Assembly: GCF_009914755.1 (NCBI RefSeq)
Contig: NC_060942.1
From: the human T2T-CHM13v2.0 reference genome, Homo sapiens
DNA: 64,000 bases
Direction: 5' to 3' (one strand)
This document shows, one piece after another, positions 29,784 through 44,289 of this stretch (its first letter is position 1; every line of letters starts with the position of its first letter). The notes beneath the pieces were generated by a model. The model was given only the letters and a program-made list of their open reading frames with translations, did not search any database and was not told the DNA's origin. Both the position numbers and the translations under genes were made by a program.

Positions 29784-30761
29784 ATTTTAGCTCAATTCTT
29801 TTTCTGAAACACTTTCAAAATCATTACTCCATGATCCTCTTACACTAACAGTTGCTGTTGACAAGTCAGATGTCTGTCTTGTTCAGAGGTGTCTGCAGGT
29901 TCTCTGGAGTGGTATCTTTTTCTCTTTTTCAAATATCCCTAATGAAGCCATGATACCAGATCTCTTTTTAGAGAAGAGTTTGATAATGCCATGTAATTAA
30001 ACCCTGCCTAAAGCCAGGGTTGTAATTCCCACCACAAGGTTTGTGAGGCCAGTCACTGAGCACCCTGCATACTAGATTCTGCAGCTGAAGGAAACATCCA
30101 ACCACAGAATCATCAAAATTTTTCATCAGTTTTCTCTTGGAGAGCTTATTATGAGGTATTAAATTTTAAGAGTCAAAGACAATGGGAGATTGGCATGCAT
30201 CCCTGCCCACAAAGGGTTCCAGGTCACCTGGGTTCCATCTAGTTGGAACGGAGATGCCTGCCTTTGTGTCGTCCCACCCCAGGGCTTCCACTCAAGCCTG
30301 TTCACAGGAATGTTTGGCTTGGTAAAGGAGGAGCCCAGGCGCATCTGGGTCTCAGAAGTGACATAATGTGCTTGCAATGTCTATGAAACACAGTGATGCT
30401 GCAGGAGATGGGTCTTTGGGAAAGAAGTGATGGAAGAACACGATGCTGGACAGTGTACAAGTGTGAGTGTGTCAACACAAGCTTGCTGTTCAGATGAAAA
30501 CATATGGGTTAATCCAAAGTTTCTCTCTTTCCCTGAAGTAAACGAGGATTTTTACTCACTCTCACCAATCTCAGAAAAGTACAGTGAGACCTACAGGACT
30601 TCCATTTTCCATGAGGTCTCTCAGGAAATTCATCATTCCCTGACATGCCCCATACACCTAGGTGCTCATGTGTCCACCTAGACAAAGTCTGCTCAGAAGA
30701 TGGAGCAGACATATGACTTTAGTTCAGCTTTCCCCATCTATGGGGATGTATGTAGAGGACC

Positions 30762-31312
30762 CTTTGGGAGGCAGAATAGTGGCCACCTCAAAGATGCCTA
30801 TTCCCGAGTCCCTGGAACCTGTGGATATGTCATGTTACATGGCAAAAGGGACTTTGCAGTTGTGATTAATGTAAGGAGCTTGAGACACTGAAGTTATTCT
30901 GGATAATCTGGGTGGGCCAATTTAATTACATAATTCTTTTAAAGCAGAAATCCTTTTCTAGTTAGGTCAGAGAGATGAGATGAAAGAAAAAGGAGACAGA
31001 GGATGACAGCTTCAAGCCACAAAATTTGACAGCCTATAGAAACTGGCAACAGCCCTCAGTTTACAACCAGCAAGAAAAGGGGGACCTCAGGCCTACCACC
31101 CAAGGGACTGAATTCTGCCAACAATGCAAATGAGCAGTAAATGAATTCTCTCCTAGAACCTCCAAAAAGGAATGCAGCCTGCTGACACCTTGATTTTAGC
31201 TCAGTAAGACCCATACAGGACTTCTGACTTCCAGAACTATAAGATAATATATTTGTGTGGTTTTAAGCCATGGGGTTTATAGTAACTTATTATAGCAGCA
31301 ATATAAACTACC
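30762..31312 (+). mobile_element. MLT1E-like LTR
   Basis: gttacatggcaaaagggactttgcag...gaattctgccaacaa...ttttaagcca...tatagcagcaata. Confidence 0.8.
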
Positions 31313-31539
31313 ATGGAGCCTTATATAAATGTAAAAAAAAAAAAGTCAACAAATGAGATGACTATAAATTGAGGTGCTCCTGATATATACAATCCTGGGC
31401 ACTATCATGCGCCCAGATACAGATCACAAGAAGCAGGAACATATACCGTCTCTCACCCAGTCACAGACACCACAGATTATAAGATGCATCCCTACTTTAT
31501 AGATATTAAAATATGAATTTTAAAATTGATGAACTTCTA

Positions 31540-31835
31540 GCTAGGCATGGTGGTTCACACTTGAAATCCCAGCATTTTGGGAGGCTGAGGCAGGAGGATC
31601 ACTTGAGACCAGTTTAAGACCAGCCTGAGCAACATAGCAAGACCCCATCTCTATAAAATAATAATAATAATTTTAAAAAAATTATCCAGGCATGGCGGCA
31701 TGCACCTGTAGTCCTAGCTACTCGGGATGCTGAAGTGAGAGGATCGCTTGAGCCCAGGAGTTTGAGGTTGCATTGAGCTATGATTGTGCCATCGTACTCC
31801 AGCATGGGTGACAGAGTGAAGCCCCATGCCTAAAA
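31540..31835 (+). mobile_element. AluJ
   Basis: J-type right arm; TSD gatgaa[c/t]ttct. Confidence 0.9.
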
Positions 31836-32248
31836 GTTTTTTTCAAAAGATGAATTTCTGTTTAAGCTTCGGGACCAAGTCAAGCCCTAAAGAAGGGAGG
31901 TGGGAGGGCACTAAGAAGACTGATTGGTGCTAGGCCCTGAGGATGTCCTGCTCACCTGCCTCCAGCATGACCTTGCTCCTGTTCTCCCTCCTCCAACTGT
32001 CAGAACCCCCAGCATGGTTTCAGCCAGCAGAGGAAGACAGTAGCACTGCACCTATTATGTGCTTTAGGTTTAATATCTTTCTCCCAACATCTCAGGAAGA
32101 TGGTAAAAATCAAGAGCCAGGGTCATGGCCAGCCTCTCTAGCACAGATGAGGTTAATAATAAAAGAGTCTCATGAACTAAGCTGTATGTAAAAACAATTG
32201 AAAAACCCCTTTGCTTACATAAAATAAAATAGCTGTCTATAAAGGTGG

Positions 32249-32602
32249 TATATTAGTCCGTTTTCACACTGCTATAAAGACATACCCGAGACTGGGTAAT
32301 TTATAAAGGAAAGAGGTTTAATTGAATCACAGTTCCACATGGCTGGGGAGGCCACAGGAAACTTATAATCATGGCAGAAGGGGAAGCAGGCACCTTCTTC
32401 ACAAGGTGGCAGAAGAGAGAAGAGCAGGGGGAACTGCCATTTATAAAACCATCAGATCTCATGAGAACTCACTGTCACGAGAACAGCATGGGGGAAACCA
32501 TCCCCATGATCCACTCACCTCCCACCAGATTCCTCCCTTGACACCCTGGGGGTTACAATTCAAGATGAGATTTGGATAGGGACACAGAGCCAAACCATGT
32601 CA
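32249..32602 (-). mobile_element. THE1D-like solo LTR
   Basis: tatattagtccgttttcacactgctataaag...ccaaaccatgtca; perfect 5-bp TSD ggtgg. Confidence 0.92.
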
Positions 32603-32629
32603 GGTGGACATTTTAGATTTTGTTCCATC

Positions 32630-32920
32630 TACATTTTTTTCAACTTTGTTTTATGGAAATATTCAAACACACACAAGAAGTAGAGAGAATAACATAACAA
32701 TCTCTCATGTGCCCATCATCTAGCTTCAACAATTATCAACGATAGTCTGGTTTCATTTCTCCCCACAAGTTGGTTTTACGATGGGTATATTTTAAAGCAA
32801 ATTCCAGACACCATGTCATTTCACCTATAAACACTTGAGTGTGGGTTTCTATCAGATAAGGATAGTATTTTAAAAATATTTTTCCTATGACATTATCAAA
32901 CCTAACAAAATTAGTGATTT
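32630..32920 (-). mobile_element. L1MC4/5-like 3' fragment
   Basis: tttaaagcaaattccagacaccatgtcatttcacctataaacact. Confidence 0.7.
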
Positions 32921-32982
32921 GAGGTGGACCATTAGGCATGGTGGTATCAAAGGAGAGAGGCTAGCAGTGAAGTGTTCAATCT

Positions 32983-33796
<814 letters not shown>

Positions 33797-36700
33797 GTCC
33801 CCTCCTCAATTATTTATCCATAGGTTTTAGGCATATGGTTAGGGGTAGGAGCCAGGAGATGCCAATAATAACAGGACTGGAAAAACCATGAGAGAAGGGA
33901 TTCAAGTTCTGCATAAGAAACTTCAAGGAAAGTTTTCCAGTGTCACTATCATAAATAAAAGAGATATGAAATCTTCACAAAAAGGTGCAAGGCAAACTGA
34001 GAAACTCCTTTGCATGACTTGCCAGTCTTGGCTGCATTCAGAATTTGTTTGGAGAAGGAAAAGGCCCTTCCTTTTTCTCTCTAAACAGAGATTCAGTAAT
34101 GCCAAATGGGCCCTCGTTGATGGAAAAAATCACTATGTAACTTTAAAAAAATTATAGAAATGTAAATCAGTGATGACAACAAGTCTTTGGCCCATCTGAT
34201 AAGGTGGCTGGTGCCCACTGCTGGTGGCCTTTGCTGGGGCTCAAATAGAGAAGAGCCACCAGGATGAGGGTAGGGTCCCCAGCATCCCCTCTCTGTGAGT
34301 CAGCTTACAAAAGGCCATGTTGACTTGGATGTGAATCACGCCTATCTGTTCCAAGCAAGATTAAAAACCCAAGAAAATTATTGTTGAGCAAGGTGTTTTA
34401 TGACTTTAGCTTACTTCCTTTTTTGAAACATTAGGAAATGTCAAAGTTAGTTTGTTCAGATTTATTAGAGAATGTGTGGAAAAGGGAAAACCTAAAAAAC
34501 AAAACAAGAACAAAACCGCTTGTGGTTGGTTGACGCACAACTGTCTCTTGGGCATCATTTCTAGGCAAAGATTGTCATTTTGTAAACAAGGGTTTATCTC
34601 CCAGACTTCCTTGTTTTTGGATAGCTGATTGCCAGACATTGCTGGCACATGCATACTCACACAGTTATCTATACTTGTTCCTTGCTGCTTATTGCTCATG
34701 CTAAAACCTCTTGAATGTAAGGTTTTCAAACAGTAACATTTCCAAATACTAACACTTTGGCATTCTCACGTATATACTTTGTGTATTCGGAAGTTGTATT
34801 ATTAACGTGGTGCAAACCTTGTGTTTAGTTTAATTAAACAGCAATGCTTTGCTATGTTTATTTCTTGGAGGGTGTGTGTGTGTGTGTACGTGTTCCATGC
34901 ATGCCTCACATTTCTATTTGCATATGTGCATAAATCAAGAAAGCAACCAAATAAACAAACGCTGTTCTACTTCCCTACTAAAGTGACTTTTAAAGACTTA
35001 TTGAATTATATTTTAGTGAATTTGAGTAAAGCATTTAAGTGCAGGGCAAATTAGAGCAAGCAAAACATTCGAGCATACATAACCATTTTATCTTGGCTCA
35101 TGGCCCCTTCTTCATCTTCAAAGCCAACAATGGTGCATGTCTCTGGCCATTTGTTTTTGGGATTTAAATTTACATTAAAACAAATTTAAATTAAAATTTG
35201 TTTTAAATTTTAATTTAAAACAAAATTGTGGCCACAGCATGGATTGTGCTTCTATATTTATTTGCTCAGCTTCAAAAGTAAGACTAGTCCAGCCTTTATC
35301 CTGGGCAGGCTGTGGTCAACAAGCCACCAATCTCTTCAGTGGGGCCAATATCAGAGGACTGGCATGGGGACCTCAGATATCCATCAGGTTCCTCTCTCAG
35401 GAACATGGGAGCAGTGATCTTTTGGGGGGCCACATGGACACTGCATCCCCTGCCTTGGGCACTGGATGGTATTATCTTGCTGGAATTCCCTTCCAACTCT
35501 GCCAAGAATGTCTTTGAGACAGAGAGACTGATGGGAAGAAAGTGAGGAGGACCAGCTCTAATGAGGTTCAACTGCAGAGGTTTCAGTGTTGGTTGTGCTG
35601 TTTGACTTCACTGGGACCCCATCCTCCAGTTTCAAGCACTTCTCAGAACTCATGATTATTCCTCAATCTGAAACTTTAGAGAGGTTGGGGGACCACTTCA
35701 GACACCTAAGGGCAACAGAAAGGAAGCGCCGTGTGCCAGCACTCTACTGTCATTCGTGGTGAAAAGCTTCCTTCTCTTTCCTATTTTTTGTGGTTGGCAA
35801 AATATAAAAGGTCTTTCTACTTATTTCAAAAGGAAAAATAGAATGAGGGAGGGAGGGGGAGGTAAAGGCAGAAAGAGAGAGATCAGTTCATTTTTGTTTG
35901 GGGAAAACTTTTAGTCTATAACAGCAGCAAACATGTATTGTGGCAGTGGCCTCAGCCCTGCTGAAGGAAATCCAGGCCACATTAAAATCTGGGGAATTTG
36001 AAACGGCAGTGTTTGTAGTGGCCTGCAGATTTCCACTGGCAATTTCTTTAAAGCCAAAGAGTTATAATTAAAATAGAAATGGATCCAATTATTTCTGCCT
36101 CCTGTCTGAAAGGATGTAGCTGGTAATGAGAATCACATGTCTAAATTTCAGCTCCTTCTATTTCCAAGCAAGTTGCCCCATGAGAGAAATTCTTTCTTTT
36201 CAGCAAATCTCAGTAAACCACATTTCTCCCTCCTCCTTAGCTACTGTGGTTTTGCACTGATTTTTACAAGTCCCAGCAATGGAACTCAGTCATAGTAAAT
36301 GTTCTTATTTTTCTCTCCTTTCTACTCTTTATAAGACATGTCAGGGTGATAAGACTTATTTTTTTGTTTCAAAGAGACAGAGATTAGAAGAGTGGGAGGG
36401 CTTAGTCTTAACCAGAAAAGATTTACCTTATCAGGAACAACAGGCTAGGTAGCTTGGCCATTGCCACTTGGGATATTCTTAGGCTAAGGGAGGGAGGTGA
36501 GGAGGTGACTAGGTGATGGGGGTAGAAGGGGTGTGTAAGGTGGTATAGGTGTACAGGGAGGCCAGTCTTGGGAAGAATTTTACCCACTGGGTGAGTGAGG
36601 CTCAGATAACATGGTGGTCAACAATGTGCCTTAGAAATGGCAAAGCCTATACTGGGACAGAATGCCATGGTCACCATGAATAAATATATAATACTGTTGT

Positions 36701-36829
36701 TCTTATCAGCATTACTGACTATTCATGATAGATTTGATCTGTGCAGTGCAGATCTATTCAAGTTCCAAAGGACATTCCAAGCCTCCATTCCTTCCACTTG
36801 CAGAGCCAGCCCCCAGTGCCAAGATGCTA

Positions 36830-39800
36830 TATACATTCACATACAAGCCTTTGTGTAGACACGTGTTTTCATGTGCTTATTGGTCATTAGAATATCTTTT
36901 TTTTGGTGAAATAGCTACTCAAATCTTTCACCCATTTTAAATTTAAGTTGCTTGACCTTCTATTATTGAATCATAAAAGTTTGTTATGTATTCTAGATAC
37001 AAACCCTTTATCAGACATGGATCTGCAAATATTTTCTCATTGTCTGTGATTCATCTTTTTTTAAATGGTCTCTTTTGTAGGGCAAATGTTTTTAATTTTG
37101 ATGAAGCCAATTAATTCCTTATTTTGGTAACATATTGTCTTTTTCATGCCATACTTAAGAACTCTTTACCTAATCCAAGGCCACAAAGATTGTCTACAAT
37201 GTTTTCTCCTAGAAATTTTAGTTTTTACTCTTACTTTTAAGCCTGTGATTCATTTTGGGTTAATTTTTGTACATGTTGTGATTTAAGGATCTAAATTGAT
37301 TTTTCTGCATATGGATATCAAAATGTCCTAGCAATATTTGTTGAAGACTATTCTTTCTTAACTGAACTACCTTAGCACCTTTGTGAAAAATCTATTGACC
37401 ATAAATGTAAGGATGTATTTATGAACTCTTAATTCTGTCCCATTGCTTTATACATCTACCTTTATGCCAACAGCACATTGTCTTGATTACTGTGGCTTTG
37501 TAGTAAGTTTTGAGGTCAAGTAGTTTGAGTCCTCCAACATTGTTCATCTTTTCAAAAATTTTTTTGGCTAATCTAGGTCCTTTGCATTTCATATACATTT
37601 AGGATTGGATTGCAAATTTCTATAAGAAATCCCACTGAGATTTTGATAGGGATTCTGTTGAATCTATAGGTCAATTTGGGGAGAGCTGCCATATTAATAA
37701 TAGTGTGTCTTTCAATTCATAAAAATGGAATATGTCACCATTTATATAGATTTTTAATTTCTCTTATAATCTTTGTACTTGTAATGTATAAGTCTTGTAG
37801 TTCTTAGTTAAGTTTATTCCTAGATATTTTATTATTTTGTATACTATTGTGGACAAAATTTTTTAAATTTCATTTTTGGATTGTTCATTGTGCATATGTA
37901 GGAAATATGTAGGAAAGATTGATATTTTATGTATTGATCTTTTATCCTGAAACATTTCCAGACCTAGTACCACTATGTATATGTATATATGCTATATATA
38001 TGTAAAAAGGTTTTCTACATACTGGATCATACTGTCTGTGAATAAAAACAAAGTTTTATCTCTTCTTTTCCAGTCTGTATACAATACACTGGATTGCTCT
38101 TTCTTGTTTTCTTTTATTGACCAGAACCTCCAGTACTACACTGAATAAGAGTGGTCAGAGCAGATCTCCTTTGGTTTTCAGCCTACACGTGTCTTTGAAT
38201 TGAAAATGTATGTCTTATAGACAAAATATAATTGGATTTGCTTTTTTAAATTTAGTCTGAGAATCTGTGATTTTGACTGAAGTATTTATTCCATTCACTT
38301 TTAATGTAAGTATTAATATGATTAGAATTAAATGTGTCATTATGCTATTTGTTTTTCATATGCTTTGTGTCTTTTCTGTCCCTCTATTCCTCCTTTACTC
38401 CCTTCTTTGTGTTAAGCAAATAATTTTGTATAGTATTTTAACTCCTTGGTTGATTTTTAAACTATAATTTTGAGTTATCATCTTAGCATTTGCTCTAGGA
38501 ATTACAATATGAGTTTTAACATACCACAACACACTTCAAGCTAAAACTAATTTAATCCAGTAAAATATAGCAACTTTCCTCCAATCCAGCTCAATTTCCT
38601 CCCTACCCTACTCTCACTTTTGTGCTGTTAGTATCGTACATTACTACATCTATTTATATTTTAAACCAAAAAGTACAGTTTTTTTGCATATCATACCATT
38701 TAAAGAAATAATAGAAGAAAAAATGTATACTCATTAAGTCTTTTATAATTACCCATATGTTAACCATTTTCAGTATTTTTCATTTCTTCTTGTGGATTCA
38801 AGTTATCAACTGGAGTAATTTTCATTCCCATCTTGAAGGATTTTGTTTAGTATTTTTTGTAAGGCAGGTCATTAGCGATATATTATCTCAGTTTTTGTTT
38901 ATCTGAAAATGTCTTTATTTCACTTTCCTTTTCGAAGGATAATCTTGCTGAATATAAAATTATTGGCTGACAAATGTTTCAGTGTTTTGAATATGTCTTT
39001 CTACTGCTTTCCGGCCTCCACTGTTACTAATGAGGATTTAACCATGATTTGTACTATTGTTCTCTTATAGATGATTAGTTTTCCTCTTGCTGCCTTCAGG
39101 ATTTTCTCTTTGCTTTTTGATTTCAACAGTTTGATGTGACTAAGTGAAGATCTCTGTGATTTTCCTACTTGGGGTACAGTGGGGTTCCTAGATCTATAGT
39201 TAATGTTTTTCCTCAAATTTGGGAGGATTTGAGTACTATTTGTTCAATTTTATTTTCCTGCCCTTTTCCTCTTCTCTCATTTTGAAACTCCTCTTCCACA
39301 GTTGTTATGCTTGATGCTGTCTCGTAGGTCTCTGAGACTGCTCATTTTTCTTCAATCTTTTTTCTCTTTGTTCTTCAGATTGGATAACATTCTATCTTTA
39401 GTAGGGATTCCATATAATCTTTTTTTATTTTGTTACTGCATTTTTCAGCTCTAGAATTTCCATTTGGTTCTTTTTTAAAAATGTTATTTCTTTATTGATA
39501 TTCCTACTTGTTGAGTCACTTTCATAATATTTTCCTTAAATTATTTAAGCATGATTTCCTTCAATTTTTTTATCATATTTAAAATAGCAGCTTTGAAGTC
39601 TGTCTGTTAAATCAACATCTAAAGCACTCAAAGACCATTTCATTGACGTCTCTCCTGCCCTCCACTCCACCCCCTAGTATGGATAATACTTTCTTCATTT
39701 TTTTTCTATGACTCATAAACTTTTATTGAAAATTTCATATTTTAGATAATATATCATAAGAACTCTGGATTCATTTTTCCTTTCAACCTCAGAGAGTCTT

Positions 39801-40925
39801 GGTTGTTGCTACCTTATATTAGTTTATAACTTGCCTGGACTTGATCTGCAGAATCTGTTACCCTTCAGTGTGCATCTGCTGATATCCCTGATCAGTTTTT
39901 TTAAAAAAATTCTTATTTGTTGGCTGGGCGTGGTAGCTCACACCTGTTATCCTAGCACTTTGAGAGGCCGAGGAAGGTGGATCACCTGAGGTCAGGAGTT
40001 CAAGACCAGCCTGGCCAACATGGCGAAACCCCGTCTCTACTAAAAATAAAAATACAAAAATTAGCTGGGTGTGGTGGTGGGTGGTGGGTGCCTATAATCC
40101 CAGATACTCAGGGGGCTGAGGCAGGAGAATAGCTTGAACCCGGGGAGTGGGGGCTGGGAGGGCGAGCGGAGGTTGCAGTGAGCTAAGATCCTGCCACTTC
40201 ACTCTAGCCTGGGTGAAAGAGTGAAACTCCATCTCCCAAAAAAAAAAAAAAATTCTTACTTGTTTTTTTGCACAGGTGGAAGGGTTGGCTTCTTATGGGT
40301 CACCTTTGTGTCTGCACAGCTTAATGAGCACTCAAAAACTGGTCAGAAATTGTGTTCAAATACCATACTTTGCCACTGGTGGATCTGTGATTGAAATGGG
40401 AAATGTATTCAAATTTGGGCCAGTTTTCATCTCTGCCCTAGGTGTTATGTTAACACTGGGCCCTCTTGGGTCTCCACTGTGCATGCATACAGGTTCCCAG
40501 ACAGACAGGGATATGGAATGCTTGTCAAGCTCTCAATGCTAGTTCATTTCCACGACCTTCCTGTTAAATTTCTGGTTAGTTCAATACTGCTCATCCCAAC
40601 CAGGATTGCAACTTCAGTCTAGGAAATCTGCAAGCTTTTCCCACTTGCTGCTGACTGTGGGTTTCTACTTTTCACTTCAAATCAAGTGAAGGCCTGTGCT
40701 GTCCAGGTCAAACAACCATGTTGACTGGTGGAGGCAGTTTCAGCAAGAATGCCATGTATTTCCACTGTGTTTACTTGAATCTCCATAGTTTCTTGAGAAC
40801 ATAAATTTCTCAATTTGCTTGCCCCTTGTCAATTTCCAGAGCCCTGAAATAATTGTTTTCGACAATTTTGTCCAGCTTTATAATTGCTTTGCAGGGAGAG
40901 GATTTGTTAACCGCTTCACTCCTTC
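36830..40925 (-). mobile_element. L1MB/MC/MD fragments (ORF2, ORF1 and 5' region)
   Basis: Reverse ORF2 DNA to ~38170, then ORF1-like (ORF 39001-39216 HIKLLKSKSKEKILKAARGK). Confidence 0.8.
39922..40250 (+). mobile_element. AluSx with a G-rich insertion
   Basis: Dimer; TSD aaaaaaattctta[t/c]ttgt. Confidence 0.92.
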
Positions 40926-41994
40926 ATAGCTGGTAGTCCCATCTATATACAGTATATTTCCAAAGAAATGGATTTTATTATTTTAAGCATGACATCTTAT
41001 TAACTTAGATATGACTGCATACTAATAAGTAAAGCTAAATTTAGAGAAACTGTGGTTCATGATAGTGTGCCTTTGACATTTTATGATCCAAAACAGAAAA
41101 GGTTTTTCAAAAGGCATTTTGAGATAATTCTTAAGATTTCAAGCCTTTGATTTGAAAAGTCTATTTATCTGAATAGTAAGAGTCTCATATTTTCATAGCA
41201 GGAAATTATTTCAAGCATTTAATTTAGCAAATGAACTGGAGCCTAAATTAAAGAATTCCAAATTTATTCCTGACCCTGGTTGTTATTGAGGGATAATAAA
41301 ATATTTCCCTGGTGTCCTGTGAGAGATTGAAGGAATTTTGAGGTCATGATTTATATATTTGCCATCCTCTTTTAAATGGATTCAGCTGTGATGTCTGCAG
41401 CACCAGGAGAATTTAAGTGTCTGCCTGAGAGCCAGGACTCTGTCCACGTCAAGCTTTCAGCCAGACCACTTCCCTCAGATCCTTTCTAGTTTTCTCCTTC
41501 TTCAGTCCATTCCAATGACCCCTGGTTTTGATGAGGCATAGGACGAGGGGCTACAAGATCAGGAGCACATCTAGCTCTGGCTTCTGAGGCCACATGATCA
41601 CCTGGGGAGACTGAGACATCCAGGATCCTGGAAGCAGAGCAAAGAGCCATCTGTGAAGAGGAGGAAGAAGACATCTGAAGAAGAAGGTTTTTCTTCAAGA
41701 ACCACCACACACTTGCCTTCAGATGAAGTTTGAAGCCATTAAGCTTCCCCTTCTACTTAAAGCTCTCCTTCCCTATTTTTCCTGCATGCCCTCGTTTTTA
41801 TCACTGACAACACATCGTTCCCTGAGTCTCACTGTCTCCCAAAGAGGAGCTTCAGGTTCATCTTTGTCTCCCCAAGTCTGAAAATATCAGATAATATGCT
41901 TGCAACTTCATCTTGATGGCTTAATTCCTGCTCCTGTCATTTACACTTCACTGCCCTGTTTTGTCTCCTTCATCCTGCCCTGCCCAGCCCTGGG

Positions 41995-42135
41995 AACTCT
42001 GTGTCTCCCATATCACTCCCCTGCTGGGGACCTGAATGGCTCCCTACTGCCTCCCTAAGCCAGTCCAAGTTCCCCTGGCTTCCTGGGCCTTCCAGAATCT
42101 GTCCTGGCCTTATCTACCCCCACTTACTTCCCAAC
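41995..42135 (+). mobile_element. L2 fragment
   Basis: atatcactcccctgct...aatggctccctactgcct...aagttcccc. Confidence 0.55.
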
Positions 42136-42451
42136 TGGGAGGTGTTGTGGCCATGGCAGAGGAAGGGATAAAAGACCAGTCATTCAGCCTTGTGTGCCTG
42201 TAAAGCAGTGTACCTCTAACAAAAATTTCCTGGCTTAAGAGCATAAAAATAAGTTTTACACAAAATCAATAACAGAAGCACTCAGATTGAAGCATATTTT
42301 TAAAGGTATTAGTGGGAGTGATTCAGAGTCAGCAGACCCAGGGTGTGGACATGAGCTCAGAATGGCTTCTCTGGAGCAAAATCTGTGACTTGATCCCGCA
42401 AAGCAAAAGCTGCCAGTCCTTTCTCATCACTGTCTCTTTCCTGGTGTGACA

Positions 42452-43236
<785 letters not shown>

Positions 43237-43659
43237 TGATATGCATATTTTGTTAAAGTCTGTTCACTCCGACTTTGACTTCTACATATCCAAGATAGCA
43301 GTCCTGTGTCTGCTATCTGGGACAAAAGCCCACCTGCCCTGTCCTTCTCTCCTGGGCTACCAGGTCCTGCCATGTGTGGGTTTGAAGCTTTGGGAAGCAG
43401 ACACATTTAATAGATTGAGTTTCATTTTTCCCACAACTTCTCACCCTCACAGAGGAAGGTATAACTCATGCTCACTGTGAAATCAGGGCTGTTCTTGGGC
43501 CCCTAGCGAAGTGCTATCCAGACCTGGCTCTGTGACTCTGAGGAAAACGGCAGGAGTGTGAGGCCAGTGCCCTGGATGCAAAGTGCTATCCTTGGGAGAG
43601 GCCAAGCAGGGATGGCTGACCGGTGACGATGGTGGCAAGTGACTCCGTCTCTGGACCCT

Positions 43660-44285
43660 GTCTTTCCTCCTCCCCACACTGTTCAGGGCTCTTGCACAGG
43701 CTGTTGCCTCCACTGGGAACTCTCTAACCCGGCTCTTTCTCCTACTTTGTGCCTCGCCTAAGTGTCACCTTCTTCCTTAAGGGAGCGACGTTGTCTCCCC
43801 TCCCCATATGCATCCTCCCCAGCCCGTTCTTTGCTTGTCTCATAACATTCATTATTATTCCTCACTATTTTACTTGCTTGCCCACTTGTGGTGAACTGTC
43901 TAACAGTGATGCCAGCTTTGTCCCCCATGGGCCCCTATAGTCTAGTTACTCAGCAGCCAGAGGAATCTGTTGAAACCGAAGTCAGCCCACATCACTCTGC
44001 TGTTCAGAACCCTCTGAGGCTCCCCAGACCACTAATAGTAAAAGCCCAGGACCTTACCATGCCTACTGGGGCCCCTGGGTCCAGCCCCAGCTATGTCCCT
44101 GATGCATCACCTTGTTCATCACACCAATTCCTTAGTGCCACTGAGCAGGCCAGGTGCTCACCTGAATTGGGGCCTCTGCCAGGGACACTGTCTCCCCAGA
44201 TACCTGCACGGCCATCTCTTTCACCTCTTTCAAGTATTAGCTGAAATATCACCCTCTCAGTGAGCCCACCTTGGCCACCCTATTT
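43660..44285 (+). mobile_element. L2 fragments
   Basis: cagcagccagaggaatctgttgaaac...catcactctgctgttcagaaccctc...tcagtgagcccacct. Confidence 0.65.
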
Positions 44286-44289
44286 TTTA

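Noticed and set aside
31475-31525. Possible MER104/Tc2-like DNA transposon scrap
   Set aside because: Too short to call with confidence.
36435-36590. Possible plus-strand exon ending TGG|GTGAGT
   Set aside because: The acceptor has a weak polypyrimidine tract and there is no other support.
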